A DNA stretch of 64,000 nt from Bacteroidales bacterium. Its GTDB lineage: Bacteria; Bacteroidota; Bacteroidia; Bacteroidales; GCA-2748055. Numbering within the stretch: position 1 is the stretch's first letter; every line of letters starts with the position of its first letter. The notes below the pieces were generated by a model, which made no database searches, was not told where the DNA came from, and saw nothing but the letters and a program-made list of their open reading frames with translations. Both the position numbers and the translations under genes were made by a program. Of the stretch, positions 10,854 through 21,824 are shown piece after piece. The stretch is taken from assembly GCA_021738565.1 (NCBI GenBank), contig JAIPBT010000014.1, positions 25,821 to 89,820 of the forward strand, in the 5' to 3' direction.

Positions 10854-13800
10854 ATGAATAGGCATCTCCCGATTCTGTTTTTTATGTTGTCGATCCTGCA
10901 GATACAGGCCCAGGTCAACCGGTATGAAGAGATCATCCGGTATATTGGAAATCCATCCCTGGTGGAAGAAAACCAGTTGGATCCACATGTCAGAACTATC
11001 CCGTTTGATGAATTGAGTGATGCTTTGGCGGCTGACTATAATCGATCCGGATTTTTCCAGTCACTGGATGGAAGTTGGAACTTTAAACTGACTGATAGTC
11101 CGCTTGAATCTCCTGAAGGGTTCCATCAACCCGGTTATGAAACATCACACTGGGATGAGATTGAAGTGCCCGGAACATGGCAGATGCAGGGATTTGGTCA
11201 TAACATATACAGGAACGTTCCCATGGAGTTCTCTCCCTATGATCCGCCGAATGTGCCCGTTGTGTTCAATCCCACCGGTTTTTATACCAGGGAGTTTGAG
11301 ATACCGGCCTCCTGGAAGGACAGAAAGGTGATTCTCCATTTCGATGGCGTTAAAGCAGGATACTGGATATGGATCAATGGGAAATACACAGGTTTTGACA
11401 AAGGGAGTATGACACCGGCGGAATTTGATATTTCGCGATACCTGGTTGAAGGCACCAATAAAATTGCAGTTCAGGTTGTCAGGTGGACCGATGGAAGCTA
11501 CCTTGAGGACCAGGATATGTGGCGTTTTGCCGGGATCTACAGGAGTGTTTACCTCTACTCCGTTCCTGGAATTCATATCAACGATTACTTTGTGAAAACG
11601 GACCTTGATGAATTATACAGGGACGCCACGCTTGAAATCGATCTTTCCATAAAAAATGAAACGGGAGATACGCCAAAAAAGCTGCGGGTATCAGCGGCCC
11701 TGTATGACAAGGATGGAACAGAAACGACGCGTTTTGATACGGAGATAAAGCAACTAAAAGCCAAAGAAACATCAATGCTCACCATTCAAGAGGAGATTAA
11801 AAGCCCTGAACTGTGGTCCGCGGAAAAGCCAAATCTCTATACACTGGTACTTACACTTGAAAAACCTTCCGGAGAAATACTCGGGATGGTTGAAACAAAA
11901 GTGGGATTCAGGAAACTGGAAATAAAGGATACACAAATGTTTGTAAACGGTGTTCCGGTTACCATTAAAGGAGTAAACAGACATGAACACGATCCGTTAC
12001 TTGGCCGAACAATGCGTCGCGAAATGATAGAGAAAGATTTCCGGGTGATGAAGGAGTTGAATATAAACAGTATACGTACCAGCCATTATCCCAATGATCC
12101 GATGTTTTATGACCTTGCTGATAAATGGGGTTTCTATATCTGTAACGAAGTGAACGCTGAATGTCATTATGGAGAGAGATACTTTGCCGCTCAGCCGGGC
12201 TGGGAAAATGCATTTATGGACCGTACAGCACGCTACCTTCACCGGGATAAAAATCATCCGTCTGTGTTTATGTGGAGCATGGGTAATGAATGCGGATTGG
12301 CTCCGATCCATTACCAGATGGCTGATTTTGTGAGAGCGACAGATCCAACCCGCTTTGTCTATCATCAAACCAATTATCCCAACGGTGATGCGCCATTTGC
12401 AGACATCTGCGGAACCCGGTATCCAAATCCTGCGATGCTGGATGCCATTGGCGATACCACCCGCCGTCCGGTAATTTTGGGTGAATACGCCCATTCTGTG
12501 GGTAACTCCATGGGCCATTTTGATGCGTACTGGGACAGAATGTACAAATATAAATCACTTCAGGGCGGATATATCTGGGACTGGGTGAACCAAAGTATCC
12601 TCGTTGATCTGATCACAACAAAGGATAATTCAACCTTTGACCACGAAGCTATTATCATGGGTAATCCAAAAATGGTTCCCGGGAAAAATGGAACGGCAAT
12701 TCAGTTAAGCGGACTTGATGATTTTGTTGAGGTAAGTCCGCATAAATCCCTTAACATTACCGGAAATAAACTAACACTTCAAACCTGGATCTATCCCCGT
12801 GGATTTCAGGGTTCAAATACCATGATCTCTAAAGGGAACCGTGCCTTTTCACTGGAACAGCATCATGAAGATTCGCTCTCTTTTACCGTGTTCACCAACC
12901 GGAAACACACTGTTTCAGCCTATTTACCAAAGAACTGGAACCATAACTGGAACCATGTGGCAGCTGTCTACAATGGCGAGGAAATCCTGTTGTTTATTAA
13001 CGGGTTCATTGTTGGAACTGCCCCGGCTTCGGGCGACATACAAAGAACCCGCTACGAAGTGATGATCGGGAAAAATCATGAACGTGACCACGAAAATACC
13101 CCAGGGTACATATCAAATGCAATATTTGATGAGGTGATGATCCATACTACAGCCCTGCAGGAAAACAGGCTTTCCTTTTACAACAGTGAACCGGTGACAG
13201 ACCAGCTTGTGCTGTGGCTACCCTTCGAAAAACAATTTAATAAAGGATCCTTTTTATGCTATGGTGCAACTCCTTATACATCAGCAACCATGGACGGAAT
13301 TATATTTGCAGACAGGAGTTATCAGCCCGAGTCCTGGCAGGTTAAACACAGCCACAGCCCCGTGAAAACAATTCCACTGGATCCGGAAAACGGAATATTC
13401 AGAATTCATAACAGGTACCATTTCACAAACCTCGATGAGATCTCAATAGGATGGATCCTGTTAAGGCAAGGGAAACCTGTCATGGAAGGAGAACTGGACC
13501 TTGTGCTTGAACCGTTGCACAAAATGAATATCACCATTCCGGATATCCGGAAGATACAAAATGAAGGGACAGAACATATACTAAGGATTGAATATAAAAC
13601 AAAACATGCACAGCAATGGGCAGAGAGCGGGTATGAAATTGCCTTTGATGAGTTTGTAATCGGGAAAGACATCGGGAAAAAGGACAATGATACGGATCAG
13701 GCTGAATCAAAGTTATCAATTTCAGAAAACGGTGAATTACTATTTATTAAAGGTGACAACTTCAACTATACATTTAATAAAGAATCCGGGGTATTGGAAC

Positions 13801-14603
13801 AGATCAGATATGATGCAACAGACTTTCTTATGGAGGGACCGCGGTTGAACGTGTCGCGGCCGCCCATTGTAAATGAGATTTCAGTCTGGACACGGGCAGA
13901 ATATGCACCCTGGTATGAATGGGGGCTTGATTCGCTTGTTCATGAGTTGGAATCAATCTATTTTGAGCAGGTAAATGACCGGGAAGTACTGGTCAGTGTC
14001 CGGAAAAATTCATATTCCTTCAAGGAGCGTACGTTACAATTCAACAATACGTTTAACTATAAAATAGACAATACCGGCAGCCTGGTCATTGACCATAAGG
14101 TGGTATGTCATCTGGAAATTCCGGACAGGAGACCCAGCAATGATATTCCCTGGTTCCAGAAGATCGGGTTGGAAATGAAATTGAAAACGGGAACGGATCA
14201 TTTCAACTGGTATGGCAAAGGGCCCTTTGAAACCTATCCGGATCGTAAAACAGGTGCCAAAACAGGTCTTTATTCCATGGCAGTAAAGGATATCCGGATG
14301 CCTTATGTGATAACACAGGGGTTCGGGAATCATACGGATGTCAGGTGGCTGGAGGTAATCCATGAAGATGGTACGGGTATGAGGTTTGAAAGTGAGAAAC
14401 CTATGAATTTTAGTGTAGATCCTTATACGAACATGGAAGAAACGTGGTACCCATATCAATTGAAAAAGGGTGATCAGGTAACATTGAATCTTGACAACAA
14501 AGTTAGTGGAGTGGGAGGAACACCTGTAACTGTCAGGCACCAGTTCAGGACCTATCCTGATGAATATCATTACCGGATTCGTGTGCAGCCTGTTCAAAAA
14601 TAA
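10854..14603 (+). CDS. Glycoside hydrolase family 2, LacZ-like beta-galactosidase with an inserted LamG/concanavalin-like domain
   Basis: 1249 aa with a signal peptide. Motifs: NSIRTSHYPNDPMFYDLADKWGFYICNE, acid/base WSMGNE, nucleophile region LGEYAHSVGNS, then YIWDWVNQS. A LamG-like block (GKNGTAIQLSG...WNHVAAVYNGEEILLFINGF) lies before the YGATPY...DGIIFADR segment. The C-terminus is a Bgal_small-like domain. Confidence 0.85.
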   Translation: MNRHLPILFFMLSILQIQAQVNRYEEIIRYIGNPSLVEENQLDPHVRTIPFDELSDALAADYNRSGFFQSLDGSWNFKLTDSPLESPEGFHQPGYETSHWDEIEVPGTWQMQGFGHNIYRNVPMEFSPYDPPNVPVVFNPTGFYTREFEIPASWKDRKVILHFDGVKAGYWIWINGKYTGFDKGSMTPAEFDISRYLVEGTNKIAVQVVRWTDGSYLEDQDMWRFAGIYRSVYLYSVPGIHINDYFVKTDLDELYRDATLEIDLSIKNETGDTPKKLRVSAALYDKDGTETTRFDTEIKQLKAKETSMLTIQEEIKSPELWSAEKPNLYTLVLTLEKPSGEILGMVETKVGFRKLEIKDTQMFVNGVPVTIKGVNRHEHDPLLGRTMRREMIEKDFRVMKELNINSIRTSHYPNDPMFYDLADKWGFYICNEVNAECHYGERYFAAQPGWENAFMDRTARYLHRDKNHPSVFMWSMGNECGLAPIHYQMADFVRATDPTRFVYHQTNYPNGDAPFADICGTRYPNPAMLDAIGDTTRRPVILGEYAHSVGNSMGHFDAYWDRMYKYKSLQGGYIWDWVNQSILVDLITTKDNSTFDHEAIIMGNPKMVPGKNGTAIQLSGLDDFVEVSPHKSLNITGNKLTLQTWIYPRGFQGSNTMISKGNRAFSLEQHHEDSLSFTVFTNRKHTVSAYLPKNWNHNWNHVAAVYNGEEILLFINGFIVGTAPASGDIQRTRYEVMIGKNHERDHENTPGYISNAIFDEVMIHTTALQENRLSFYNSEPVTDQLVLWLPFEKQFNKGSFLCYGATPYTSATMDGIIFADRSYQPESWQVKHSHSPVKTIPLDPENGIFRIHNRYHFTNLDEISIGWILLRQGKPVMEGELDLVLEPLHKMNITIPDIRKIQNEGTEHILRIEYKTKHAQQWAESGYEIAFDEFVIGKDIGKKDNDTDQAESKLSISENGELLFIKGDNFNYTFNKESGVLEQIRYDATDFLMEGPRLNVSRPPIVNEISVWTRAEYAPWYEWGLDSLVHELESIYFEQVNDREVLVSVRKNSYSFKERTLQFNNTFNYKIDNTGSLVIDHKVVCHLEIPDRRPSNDIPWFQKIGLEMKLKTGTDHFNWYGKGPFETYPDRKTGAKTGLYSMAVKDIRMPYVITQGFGNHTDVRWLEVIHEDGTGMRFESEKPMNFSVDPYTNMEETWYPYQLKKGDQVTLNLDNKVSGVGGTPVTVRHQFRTYPDEYHYRIRVQPVQK

Positions 14604-14661
14604 AGTGACAGTTATACATTAAATAGTGTCAGAAAGAAAACTCATTTTAAATAATTTCAGT

Positions 14662-16107
14662 ATGAAAAAGTTTACCACGGTCATTTGTCTTTTTTCGGTG
14701 TTTATCGTTTTACTGGCAAATAGTTGCCGGGGACCGGAACAGGGGACGGTTATTGAAATATATCCTGACTCCGTCATCTCCGATGTTTCAGGGCATCCGG
14801 TTGGAATCAACCTTGATTATTTTACTGATGATGACAATTACCTGCAACCCGAAAGGAGTACGACCGATGCAATCAAAGCAATGGGTGTAAAATACCTGAG
14901 GTATCCGGGAGGAAACAAATCAGATTTTTATTTCTTTTCCGTATCCCCTTACGAGAAATCGGTGCCCACACTGGCCCGCACCGGGAAGGGAGCGGTAGGC
15001 GGAAGACAAAAAATGTTGTTAGATTTTTCAGGATTCGCGGTTGATGTGCTTGACTTTGATGAATTTATGGAGATGTGTCGGGAGGTGGGCGCTGAACCGG
15101 TCATTTGTGTTGCAGCAGATGAGTACCTGGTGGATTACCCTGCAGGGAGCAACTGGGCAAGCCGGGAAGAGCTTATTCACCACGCGGTGGAATGGGTCAG
15201 GTATGCAAACATTAAAAAGAAATACAATATCAGATATTGGATGATTGGCAATGAATCATGGCACAAGCAGAACGAAAACTCAACGGCAGAGATCTACGCA
15301 CAGGATGTAATCGACTTTTCAATAGCCATGAAGCAGGTGGATCCCGATATTCTGATCATTCCGAACGGGAACAACACAGCCTTCAGTCAGACAGTTCTTG
15401 AGATTGCTGGCCAACACATCGACAGGCTGTGTATCAGTAATTATCCGATCTATGGATACCAGGCAGGTTATGCCACCTACCGGGACACATTGCAGGACCT
15501 GATTACATCTGTACGCGATGCGCTCACTGCTATTGAAAATGCCGGTTTAAAGGACAAAGTACCTGTTATAGTTGCAGAATATGGACCATTTGACTGGGTA
15601 TATGACTGGCCAATGATCAATGATATGGGTCACAATCTATGCAACTTTGAGATGACCGGGGAATTACTGCAGGTTCCGGAAGTGGAATTTTCAATTTTTT
15701 GGAATACCCGGTGGATCGATAATGACCTGGATGAAAGCAGTGTGTTTGATGCACTGGACAGGAACGGAAATTTCAATGCAAACGGTATGGGATTAATGAT
15801 ATGGGGAAATTACCTCGGTGACCAGATGGTACGTACATCTTCAACTTTGCATCTGCGCACATTTGCAAGTTATGTTCCGGAAGAGCGGAAATTATTTGTT
15901 TATATCCTGAATAAATCAGATACGGCAGAGCAAATCACGCTCAATATTGATAAGATCAGGAAACCGAAATTGATGATGGCCAGGGAACTTATCAGCACAG
16001 GACCCGACGACCTGGAACCGGTATGGCAGGAATGTGAAAACATCGAAGATCTGCTTAGTTTCACAGTTGGCGGAACTAGTATAACTGTACGTGAATACCG
16101 GCTGTAA
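14662..16107 (+). CDS. Clan GH-A (beta/alpha)8 glycoside hydrolase, GH51/GH79-like (family uncertain)
   Basis: The ATG at 14662 (MKKFTTVICLF... signal) is preferred over the GTG at 14626. Motifs: KYLRYPGGNKSD (compare RYPGG of GH51), acid/base-like WMIGNESW, and nucleophile-like VIVAEYGP. Confidence 0.55.
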   Translation: MKKFTTVICLFSVFIVLLANSCRGPEQGTVIEIYPDSVISDVSGHPVGINLDYFTDDDNYLQPERSTTDAIKAMGVKYLRYPGGNKSDFYFFSVSPYEKSVPTLARTGKGAVGGRQKMLLDFSGFAVDVLDFDEFMEMCREVGAEPVICVAADEYLVDYPAGSNWASREELIHHAVEWVRYANIKKKYNIRYWMIGNESWHKQNENSTAEIYAQDVIDFSIAMKQVDPDILIIPNGNNTAFSQTVLEIAGQHIDRLCISNYPIYGYQAGYATYRDTLQDLITSVRDALTAIENAGLKDKVPVIVAEYGPFDWVYDWPMINDMGHNLCNFEMTGELLQVPEVEFSIFWNTRWIDNDLDESSVFDALDRNGNFNANGMGLMIWGNYLGDQMVRTSSTLHLRTFASYVPEERKLFVYILNKSDTAEQITLNIDKIRKPKLMMARELISTGPDDLEPVWQECENIEDLLSFTVGGTSITVREYRL

Positions 16108-16136
16108 TTCACTATCATTTCCGATACAGTAATGCA

Positions 16137-17813
16137 ATGCAAAAACTACCAAAGATGATACTTCAAGGAAAGAGCAGTGTCCGACTAACAATCCTAATGC
16201 TTGCCATGGGAGTGATTTTAGGCGCTTGCCGGTTCGGTCCGGTTGAGCCGGAGCAACCCAATGTATTGCTCATTTTTTGTGATGACCTGAATGATTCAGC
16301 CGAGGGAATGGGGGGGCACCCCCAGGCAAAGACGCCCCATCTCACACAGGTTGCCAATGAAGGGATCCGGTTTTTAAATGCACACAGTTCAAATCCTATA
16401 TGCGGACCCTCCAGGGCAAGTTTTCTGACGGGTATTTATCCCCATCATTCTGGTCTTTACGGATACAATCAAAATGCAAACAGATGGTACAACAATCCGG
16501 TGTTGAAGCATTGCAAGCCGGTTTTCGAGCATTTCGCAGATAATGGATACCTCATTTTTGGCGCCGGAAAGCTTTTTCACAACAATCATAATACCGAACC
16601 TCTGTTCAACAGGGCGGATAGCCTGGGAGAATTTGGTCCCGGAATGGAATACGGTCCTTTTGCATGGACCGGCAGACATGCGGACAATTTGTACAATGAA
16701 CTGATTGCCCATCCCGACATCCCGGCAGCATTTGGTAAATCCGGGTTCACCTCTTTTGGATCGCTATATGATGTACCCGAAGTACGGTCTGATCCCCGAC
16801 AGGGTATTCCCGGTTACACGGGTTGGTACCTTTATGATTTTTCGGAGGGAAAACCTTACCGGTATAAGGATCCCGACAACAGGGATCCGTTGCCCGACGA
16901 ACTCACAGCAGAGTACATCATAGAAAAACTTAATCAGGATCATGACCGGCCATTTTTTATGACAGCAGGGATCATACGGCCCCATTCTCCATGGGTAGCG
17001 CCTAAGGAGTATTTTGACCTGTTTCCGCTTGATGATGTTGAGCCACCCCCTTACCTTGAGAATGATCTGGAGGATTGTGCCGAAGAATTATGGTACCACT
17101 ATTACTGGGGAAAAAAACACAGGTTTGAGGCGCTGCTTGACGGTTATGAAGGCGATGAAGGCTGGCGGAAGTTTGTCCAGGCATACCTGGCATGTGTTGC
17201 ATTTGCAGATGCTCAGATCGGCAGAATCCTCGAGGCTTTGGATCAAAGCAATTATGCCAGCAATACGATTGTTATAATTACCAGCGACCATGGATATCAC
17301 ATGGGAGAAAAGAACCAGCTTTTCAAACATACTGTATGGGAGGAATCGACCAGGATACCAATGATCTTCAGGTTTCCTGACAGGAGAAACGCGGGAGAAG
17401 AATGTACCGCTCCTGTAAGTTTGATTGATATTTATCCTACCCTGGTTGATCTCTGCGGTTTACGTGGAAGCACCATGCGGAATAACCAGGGACACCCCCT
17501 GGATGGTTTTAGCCTGAGACCATTACTGAACGATCCGTTAATGGAAAGCTGGGATGGCCCCGAAGTGGCATTAAGCTGTATTGATGCAGGTATACCCGTA
17601 AAGAAAGATGAACCCGGAGCGGTCGGTGATCAGCATTTTACCGTGAGGTCGAAGGACTGGAGATATGTACTCACAAGGAGCGGTGAAGAAGAACTATATG
17701 ATCACCGGAACGATCCCCACGAATGGTACAACCTGGCCCATGATACCACTTATGTAGTTCAGAAAAAAGCCTTGAAACAAGAATTATTACGCCTCACAGG
17801 GCGCCTCAACTGA
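16137..17813 (+). CDS. Sulfatase (formylglycine-dependent, S1 family)
   Basis: 558 aa with a signal peptide. Motifs: LLIFCDDLND, the C-x-P-x-R signature in ICGPSRASFLTG, and ITSDHGYHMGEK. Confidence 0.85.
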   Translation: MQKLPKMILQGKSSVRLTILMLAMGVILGACRFGPVEPEQPNVLLIFCDDLNDSAEGMGGHPQAKTPHLTQVANEGIRFLNAHSSNPICGPSRASFLTGIYPHHSGLYGYNQNANRWYNNPVLKHCKPVFEHFADNGYLIFGAGKLFHNNHNTEPLFNRADSLGEFGPGMEYGPFAWTGRHADNLYNELIAHPDIPAAFGKSGFTSFGSLYDVPEVRSDPRQGIPGYTGWYLYDFSEGKPYRYKDPDNRDPLPDELTAEYIIEKLNQDHDRPFFMTAGIIRPHSPWVAPKEYFDLFPLDDVEPPPYLENDLEDCAEELWYHYYWGKKHRFEALLDGYEGDEGWRKFVQAYLACVAFADAQIGRILEALDQSNYASNTIVIITSDHGYHMGEKNQLFKHTVWEESTRIPMIFRFPDRRNAGEECTAPVSLIDIYPTLVDLCGLRGSTMRNNQGHPLDGFSLRPLLNDPLMESWDGPEVALSCIDAGIPVKKDEPGAVGDQHFTVRSKDWRYVLTRSGEEELYDHRNDPHEWYNLAHDTTYVVQKKALKQELLRLTGRLN

Positions 17814-17823
17814 AAAAAATATC

Positions 17824-19887
17824 ATGATGAGAAATTTGATTATTGGATTGTTTTGCCTGACACTGTTTTCATGTATGAAACCGGAGAATAGGCAGCTGTT
17901 ATTGTTCGATCCAGGAAATGAGGGTAAGGAAAAGCTGGTATCCCTTACTGATGATGCACTCTATTTTGATGACCAAAGCGTCAGGGTGGATTTTTCGTCG
18001 GCCAATAAAACATCCGTTATTGCATGTTATCCGGATAATGGACCCTGGGATGCATCTGAATACCGGTTTGTACGGTGTGTTGTTGAGAATCTGGGAAGTG
18101 AGCCGCAGATCGTGGAACTTGGATTTGCCGACTACGATCTTACATTGGGGGCCACTATTGTACAGCCTGGCAAGACAAATACTTTGAAAGCTGTAATCTA
18201 CAGAACAGACCACCCTGCGTATATCGACAGCCTGTTTCCTGTCATGCATGGCAAACCCGACGGTACATTGAGAGGTTGGATGGATTCTACGTCCGATTCT
18301 ATCGCGTTTATTAAGCTGTTGTTTCCGGAACTCACGCCGGGGGCATCTGTAAAGATTGGAAAAATATGGCTGGAGGAGCCTTACGTCCTCTATTCTGAAT
18401 CGCAGTTAAGGGAGAAATATTATCCGTTTGTGGATAGGTTTGGACAATTTATGTACGATGAATGGCCCGGGAAAATTGAGTCTGTTGATGACCTGGTCCG
18501 GTATGATGAGCAAGAAACAAAGGAGCTAGAAAACATGAGGCCAGTGAAGGCGTGGAACAGGTTTGGCGGCTGGGAAAACGGTCCAGCCCTGGAAGCCACC
18601 GGAAGATTCAGGGTGGAGAAAATTGATGGCAGGTGGTGGTTCGTGGATCCGGATGGTAAATTGTTCTGGTCTCATGGTCAGGATTGTGTAGAGTTTGGTA
18701 CCCAGACAAGGACACAGGTAACCGACCGGGAGCATTATTTCCAGGAATTACCAGAAGAGGGAAGTGAGGAAACCGGACTTTACACAACGAGCGAAAGCGA
18801 AGGCAACACCACCAGGTTTTTAAGCTTTCATGCATTGAATATTTTTAGAAAGTATGGCGTAGATTGGAAAGAAAAGAGCAGGGAGCGGCTCCATGCAAGA
18901 TTCAAAAACTGGGGTTTCAATACCATTGGTAACTGGTCCGATCCGGGAATTTATCTGAAGCGGAAAACACCTTATGTCTTAACGGCCTACTCCCTTAAAA
19001 CCGGTATACTGTCCGATCCTTTTGCTCCCGGCTTCAGAGAGGACCTGGAAGCTACCCTCAGGGCACACAACAACGAGATTGGTGATGAGTGGTGTCTTGG
19101 GGTGTTCGTGGATAATGAATTGAAATGGGGAGTAAAATGGGCGCCTAAAATTGCCGAACAGATTATAACAGCACCAGCCGATCAGCCTGCAAAACTGATT
19201 TTAGCAGAAAGGATGCAGGAGAAATATGGAACAATTGAGGGATTGAATGAAGCATGGGGCACCTTTTTCGGGGGTTGGGAAGGTTTATTGTACAATTGTG
19301 AATTGATACCGGGTGCAGCAGTTGATATGCGGGAGTTTATGACAGAATTCACCACACGCTATTATGCAAGCTGCAGAAGTGCCGTAAAAGCGGTAGATGA
19401 AAAGATGCTCTACATGGGATGCAGAATGGACTTCCACCTCTATCCTGAAGACACCTCACTGAACTACATAATTCGTATTGCTTCAAAGTATTGTGACGTG
19501 GTAAGTTTTAACCGTTATCGTTATACCTGTTCAGGGTTGGTGCCTCCTGACGGAGGTGATTATCCCATCATTATCGGGGAGTTTCACTTTGGTTCCCTTG
19601 AAACGGGACTCCTACAACCTGGCTTGCGGTATGCGGCCGACAATCAGGAGCGAGCGGCTTTCTATGAGCACTACGTACGCAGTGCCCTTATGAATCCCTA
19701 TATCGTGGGAACCCACTGGTTCCAGCTTGTGGACCAGTCGGTGACCGGACGGCCGGACGGTGAAAATTACCAGGCCGGTTTTCTTACCGTTGGGGATGTG
19801 CCACAGCAGGAGATCATCAAGGTATCAAGGGCCCTGGGTTATAATATGTACAATATCAGGTCCGGTGTTGATCATTTTCAAAAGTGA
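17824..19887 (+). CDS. Putative (beta/alpha)8 glycoside hydrolase, GH50/GH42-like lipoprotein (family uncertain)
   Basis: 687 aa with a lipoprotein signal (LTLFSCMK). Clan GH-A-like motifs: WGFNTIGNWSD, VFVDNELKWG (NE acid/base) and IIIGEFHFGS (nucleophile-like). The start lies 11 nt after the sulfatase stop. Confidence 0.5.
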   Translation: MMRNLIIGLFCLTLFSCMKPENRQLLLFDPGNEGKEKLVSLTDDALYFDDQSVRVDFSSANKTSVIACYPDNGPWDASEYRFVRCVVENLGSEPQIVELGFADYDLTLGATIVQPGKTNTLKAVIYRTDHPAYIDSLFPVMHGKPDGTLRGWMDSTSDSIAFIKLLFPELTPGASVKIGKIWLEEPYVLYSESQLREKYYPFVDRFGQFMYDEWPGKIESVDDLVRYDEQETKELENMRPVKAWNRFGGWENGPALEATGRFRVEKIDGRWWFVDPDGKLFWSHGQDCVEFGTQTRTQVTDREHYFQELPEEGSEETGLYTTSESEGNTTRFLSFHALNIFRKYGVDWKEKSRERLHARFKNWGFNTIGNWSDPGIYLKRKTPYVLTAYSLKTGILSDPFAPGFREDLEATLRAHNNEIGDEWCLGVFVDNELKWGVKWAPKIAEQIITAPADQPAKLILAERMQEKYGTIEGLNEAWGTFFGGWEGLLYNCELIPGAAVDMREFMTEFTTRYYASCRSAVKAVDEKMLYMGCRMDFHLYPEDTSLNYIIRIASKYCDVVSFNRYRYTCSGLVPPDGGDYPIIIGEFHFGSLETGLLQPGLRYAADNQERAAFYEHYVRSALMNPYIVGTHWFQLVDQSVTGRPDGENYQAGFLTVGDVPQQEIIKVSRALGYNMYNIRSGVDHFQK

Positions 19888-19928
19888 CCACCCCTGATTT
19901 TCCACTGGTCCCGGGTTTTAGAAAATTT

Positions 19929-21395
19929 TTAATTTTCGAAATATACACCGTCCCTTTCCAGTTGGTCATGCAGTGCATCGAACGGCAATTCCCTGGATCC
20001 GAAGTCCTGTTTTGCACACAATGCAGCTGCCGTACCTGCCACCTGTCCCTGTCCCATGCTGCATACGGTATTTCTCGTTGACATATGTGCCCTGTGATCG
20101 GAGGTGATCAACATACCTGTTGCATAAAGATTTTCAAATCCTTTTACTGTAATCGCCCTGTAGGGAATTCCGTAAGTACCCCCACCCCTAACCTGCAAAC
20201 GGGGAGCAAAATCATGAAAACCGTAAACCATTACCTCATCTTCAAAATGCCTTCCATCAATCACATCCTCGTGACTGATATCATAATCACATGCGATGAG
20301 TCGTCCCCTCCTTATATTCAAGGACGGACTCGTTCTGGCGATAAATGCATTTTTGCAACCCGGGACAAATTCCCTGAACAATGCAACGGCTTCATATTGA
20401 CGCTTTCTTAATTCAAGTTCGGCTTTGGCAACCGTATCACGATCAGTCGGACTTTTATCCAGTTTCATGTTCAGTTTGATGAACATCAGGTAATTGTCAT
20501 GTACCGTTGTGGTAGTGGTTGACATTCCTATGTTGCCCGCACGCTCGGAAAATTCATCCGGCAATTTTACATGGTGACCACTCAGGCGTATGATCTGGTT
20601 ATTTATTCCGCTCCTGAAACCTTCTGCTTGCTGGCTAATGGCGTCGTTATCCTTCAGGAACCGATAATAATCATCGATACTGACATTTGCCAGCCCAATG
20701 CTATTACATACCGGGTAATCATTCGGTTCCGTAAAATCAGCGCCGGCATGCGCGCACAGATCACCATAAGCGGTACAATCGATGAAACTCTTTGCTAAAA
20801 AGGCTTCCCTGCCCGATCGGCTCTCTGTAATTACCCCCTTAACCACCGATTTGCTTGCAATCGCTCCTGTCAACAGTGTGTTCAGTGCCATGAAAACACC
20901 GGCTTCAGATAACATCTGCATGGTGACCAACTTGTATAGCTCTGTATCAATGGCCGTGCAAACCGAATCGTAATCATAACCTTCCGACATTTCTGCATGC
21001 CCCGAGGTTCCACCTGCCTCCGTAAGCCTGTCAATGATTTCCTGCGCAATGCCTTTTACAACCTGTCGTTTTTCCACTCCCGGAAATGCTTTCCACAGGT
21101 TGTAGTAACTGTGAAGTGCGGTTCCTCCTTCTACGACAGTACCTCCGGTGTACCCTTTGGCCTCGATCAGGGCCGTCCGGGCACCCGTTCTGGCAGCTGC
21201 AAGCGCTGCAACCACACCAGAAGTTCCCCCGCCTGCCACAACGACATCGAAATCTCTTACCGGGAGCTTCTTTGAAGGTTCATCATATCCTTCTCCAGAT
21301 AAGGTTGATATGTTCCTGTCATCAGGATTATTGCAGCCTGCAATGGCACCTGCGCCTGCAAGCAGTCCCAGTTTGGAAAAATGTCTTCTGTCCAT
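19929..21395 (-). CDS. FAD-dependent oxidoreductase with Tat/lipoprotein signal
   Basis: 488 aa. Starts MDRRHFSKLGLLAGAGAIAGC (twin-Arg plus lipobox). FAD motif DVVVAGGGTSGVVAALAAARTGARTALIEAKGYTGGT. Confidence 0.75.
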   Translation of the reverse strand: MDRRHFSKLGLLAGAGAIAGCNNPDDRNISTLSGEGYDEPSKKLPVRDFDVVVAGGGTSGVVAALAAARTGARTALIEAKGYTGGTVVEGGTALHSYYNLWKAFPGVEKRQVVKGIAQEIIDRLTEAGGTSGHAEMSEGYDYDSVCTAIDTELYKLVTMQMLSEAGVFMALNTLLTGAIASKSVVKGVITESRSGREAFLAKSFIDCTAYGDLCAHAGADFTEPNDYPVCNSIGLANVSIDDYYRFLKDNDAISQQAEGFRSGINNQIIRLSGHHVKLPDEFSERAGNIGMSTTTTTVHDNYLMFIKLNMKLDKSPTDRDTVAKAELELRKRQYEAVALFREFVPGCKNAFIARTSPSLNIRRGRLIACDYDISHEDVIDGRHFEDEVMVYGFHDFAPRLQVRGGGTYGIPYRAITVKGFENLYATGMLITSDHRAHMSTRNTVCSMGQGQVAGTAAALCAKQDFGSRELPFDALHDQLERDGVYFEN

Positions 21396-21824
21396 GTTGA
21401 TTTGTATTGGTTAGGTATTCAATTGCTGGTTAATGTTGATGCTTCAATTGATATAAAGCTACCAATGTTTTGGTGTACTTCCTATCATATGGCGAAAAAA
21501 ATCAGTGATCGTATTATCTACTTTCAAACAGGGAAACAAGCATATATCCCAAAAGTCCATCCGTGGGTATCTGTCAAGAAATGCAAAGATTAATTTTGTT
21601 TTCAAGCAAAAGCAGATATGCATGTGACCTGATCCTGCATATTTAAAAGTGCATGGCAGGCACTGATCCTGAGAGTGTGTTGAAAACCGTTCCCTATTGC
21701 ATAGATCATGGCATTTACAGTGTAACTGACTTTGAATCGGTCCTGGATAACTATGTATGGCTTGCTGAAATATTAAGGGTATATTCGCATGAATAGCATT
21801 TATTGATTACTGAAAAATAATCTG

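Noticed and set aside
11997-14597. Antisense ORFs inside the LacZ-like GH2 (11997..12518 at 173 aa, 14034..14597 at 187 aa, 11145..11576 at 143 aa)
   Set aside because: These are shadow ORFs opposite a well-supported 1249-aa gene, and no motifs are present.
21616-21671. 7-bp inverted repeat atatgca/tgcatat (21616-22 / 21636-42) and a 9-bp direct repeat ctgatcctg (21629-37 and 21663-71) in the divergent promoter region between the Tat-flavoprotein and GH26 genes. Considered as an operator for the missing PUL regulator.
   Set aside because: The repeats are short enough to arise by chance in a 429-nt AT-rich spacer. Without a cognate regulator or conservation data I cannot support a call.
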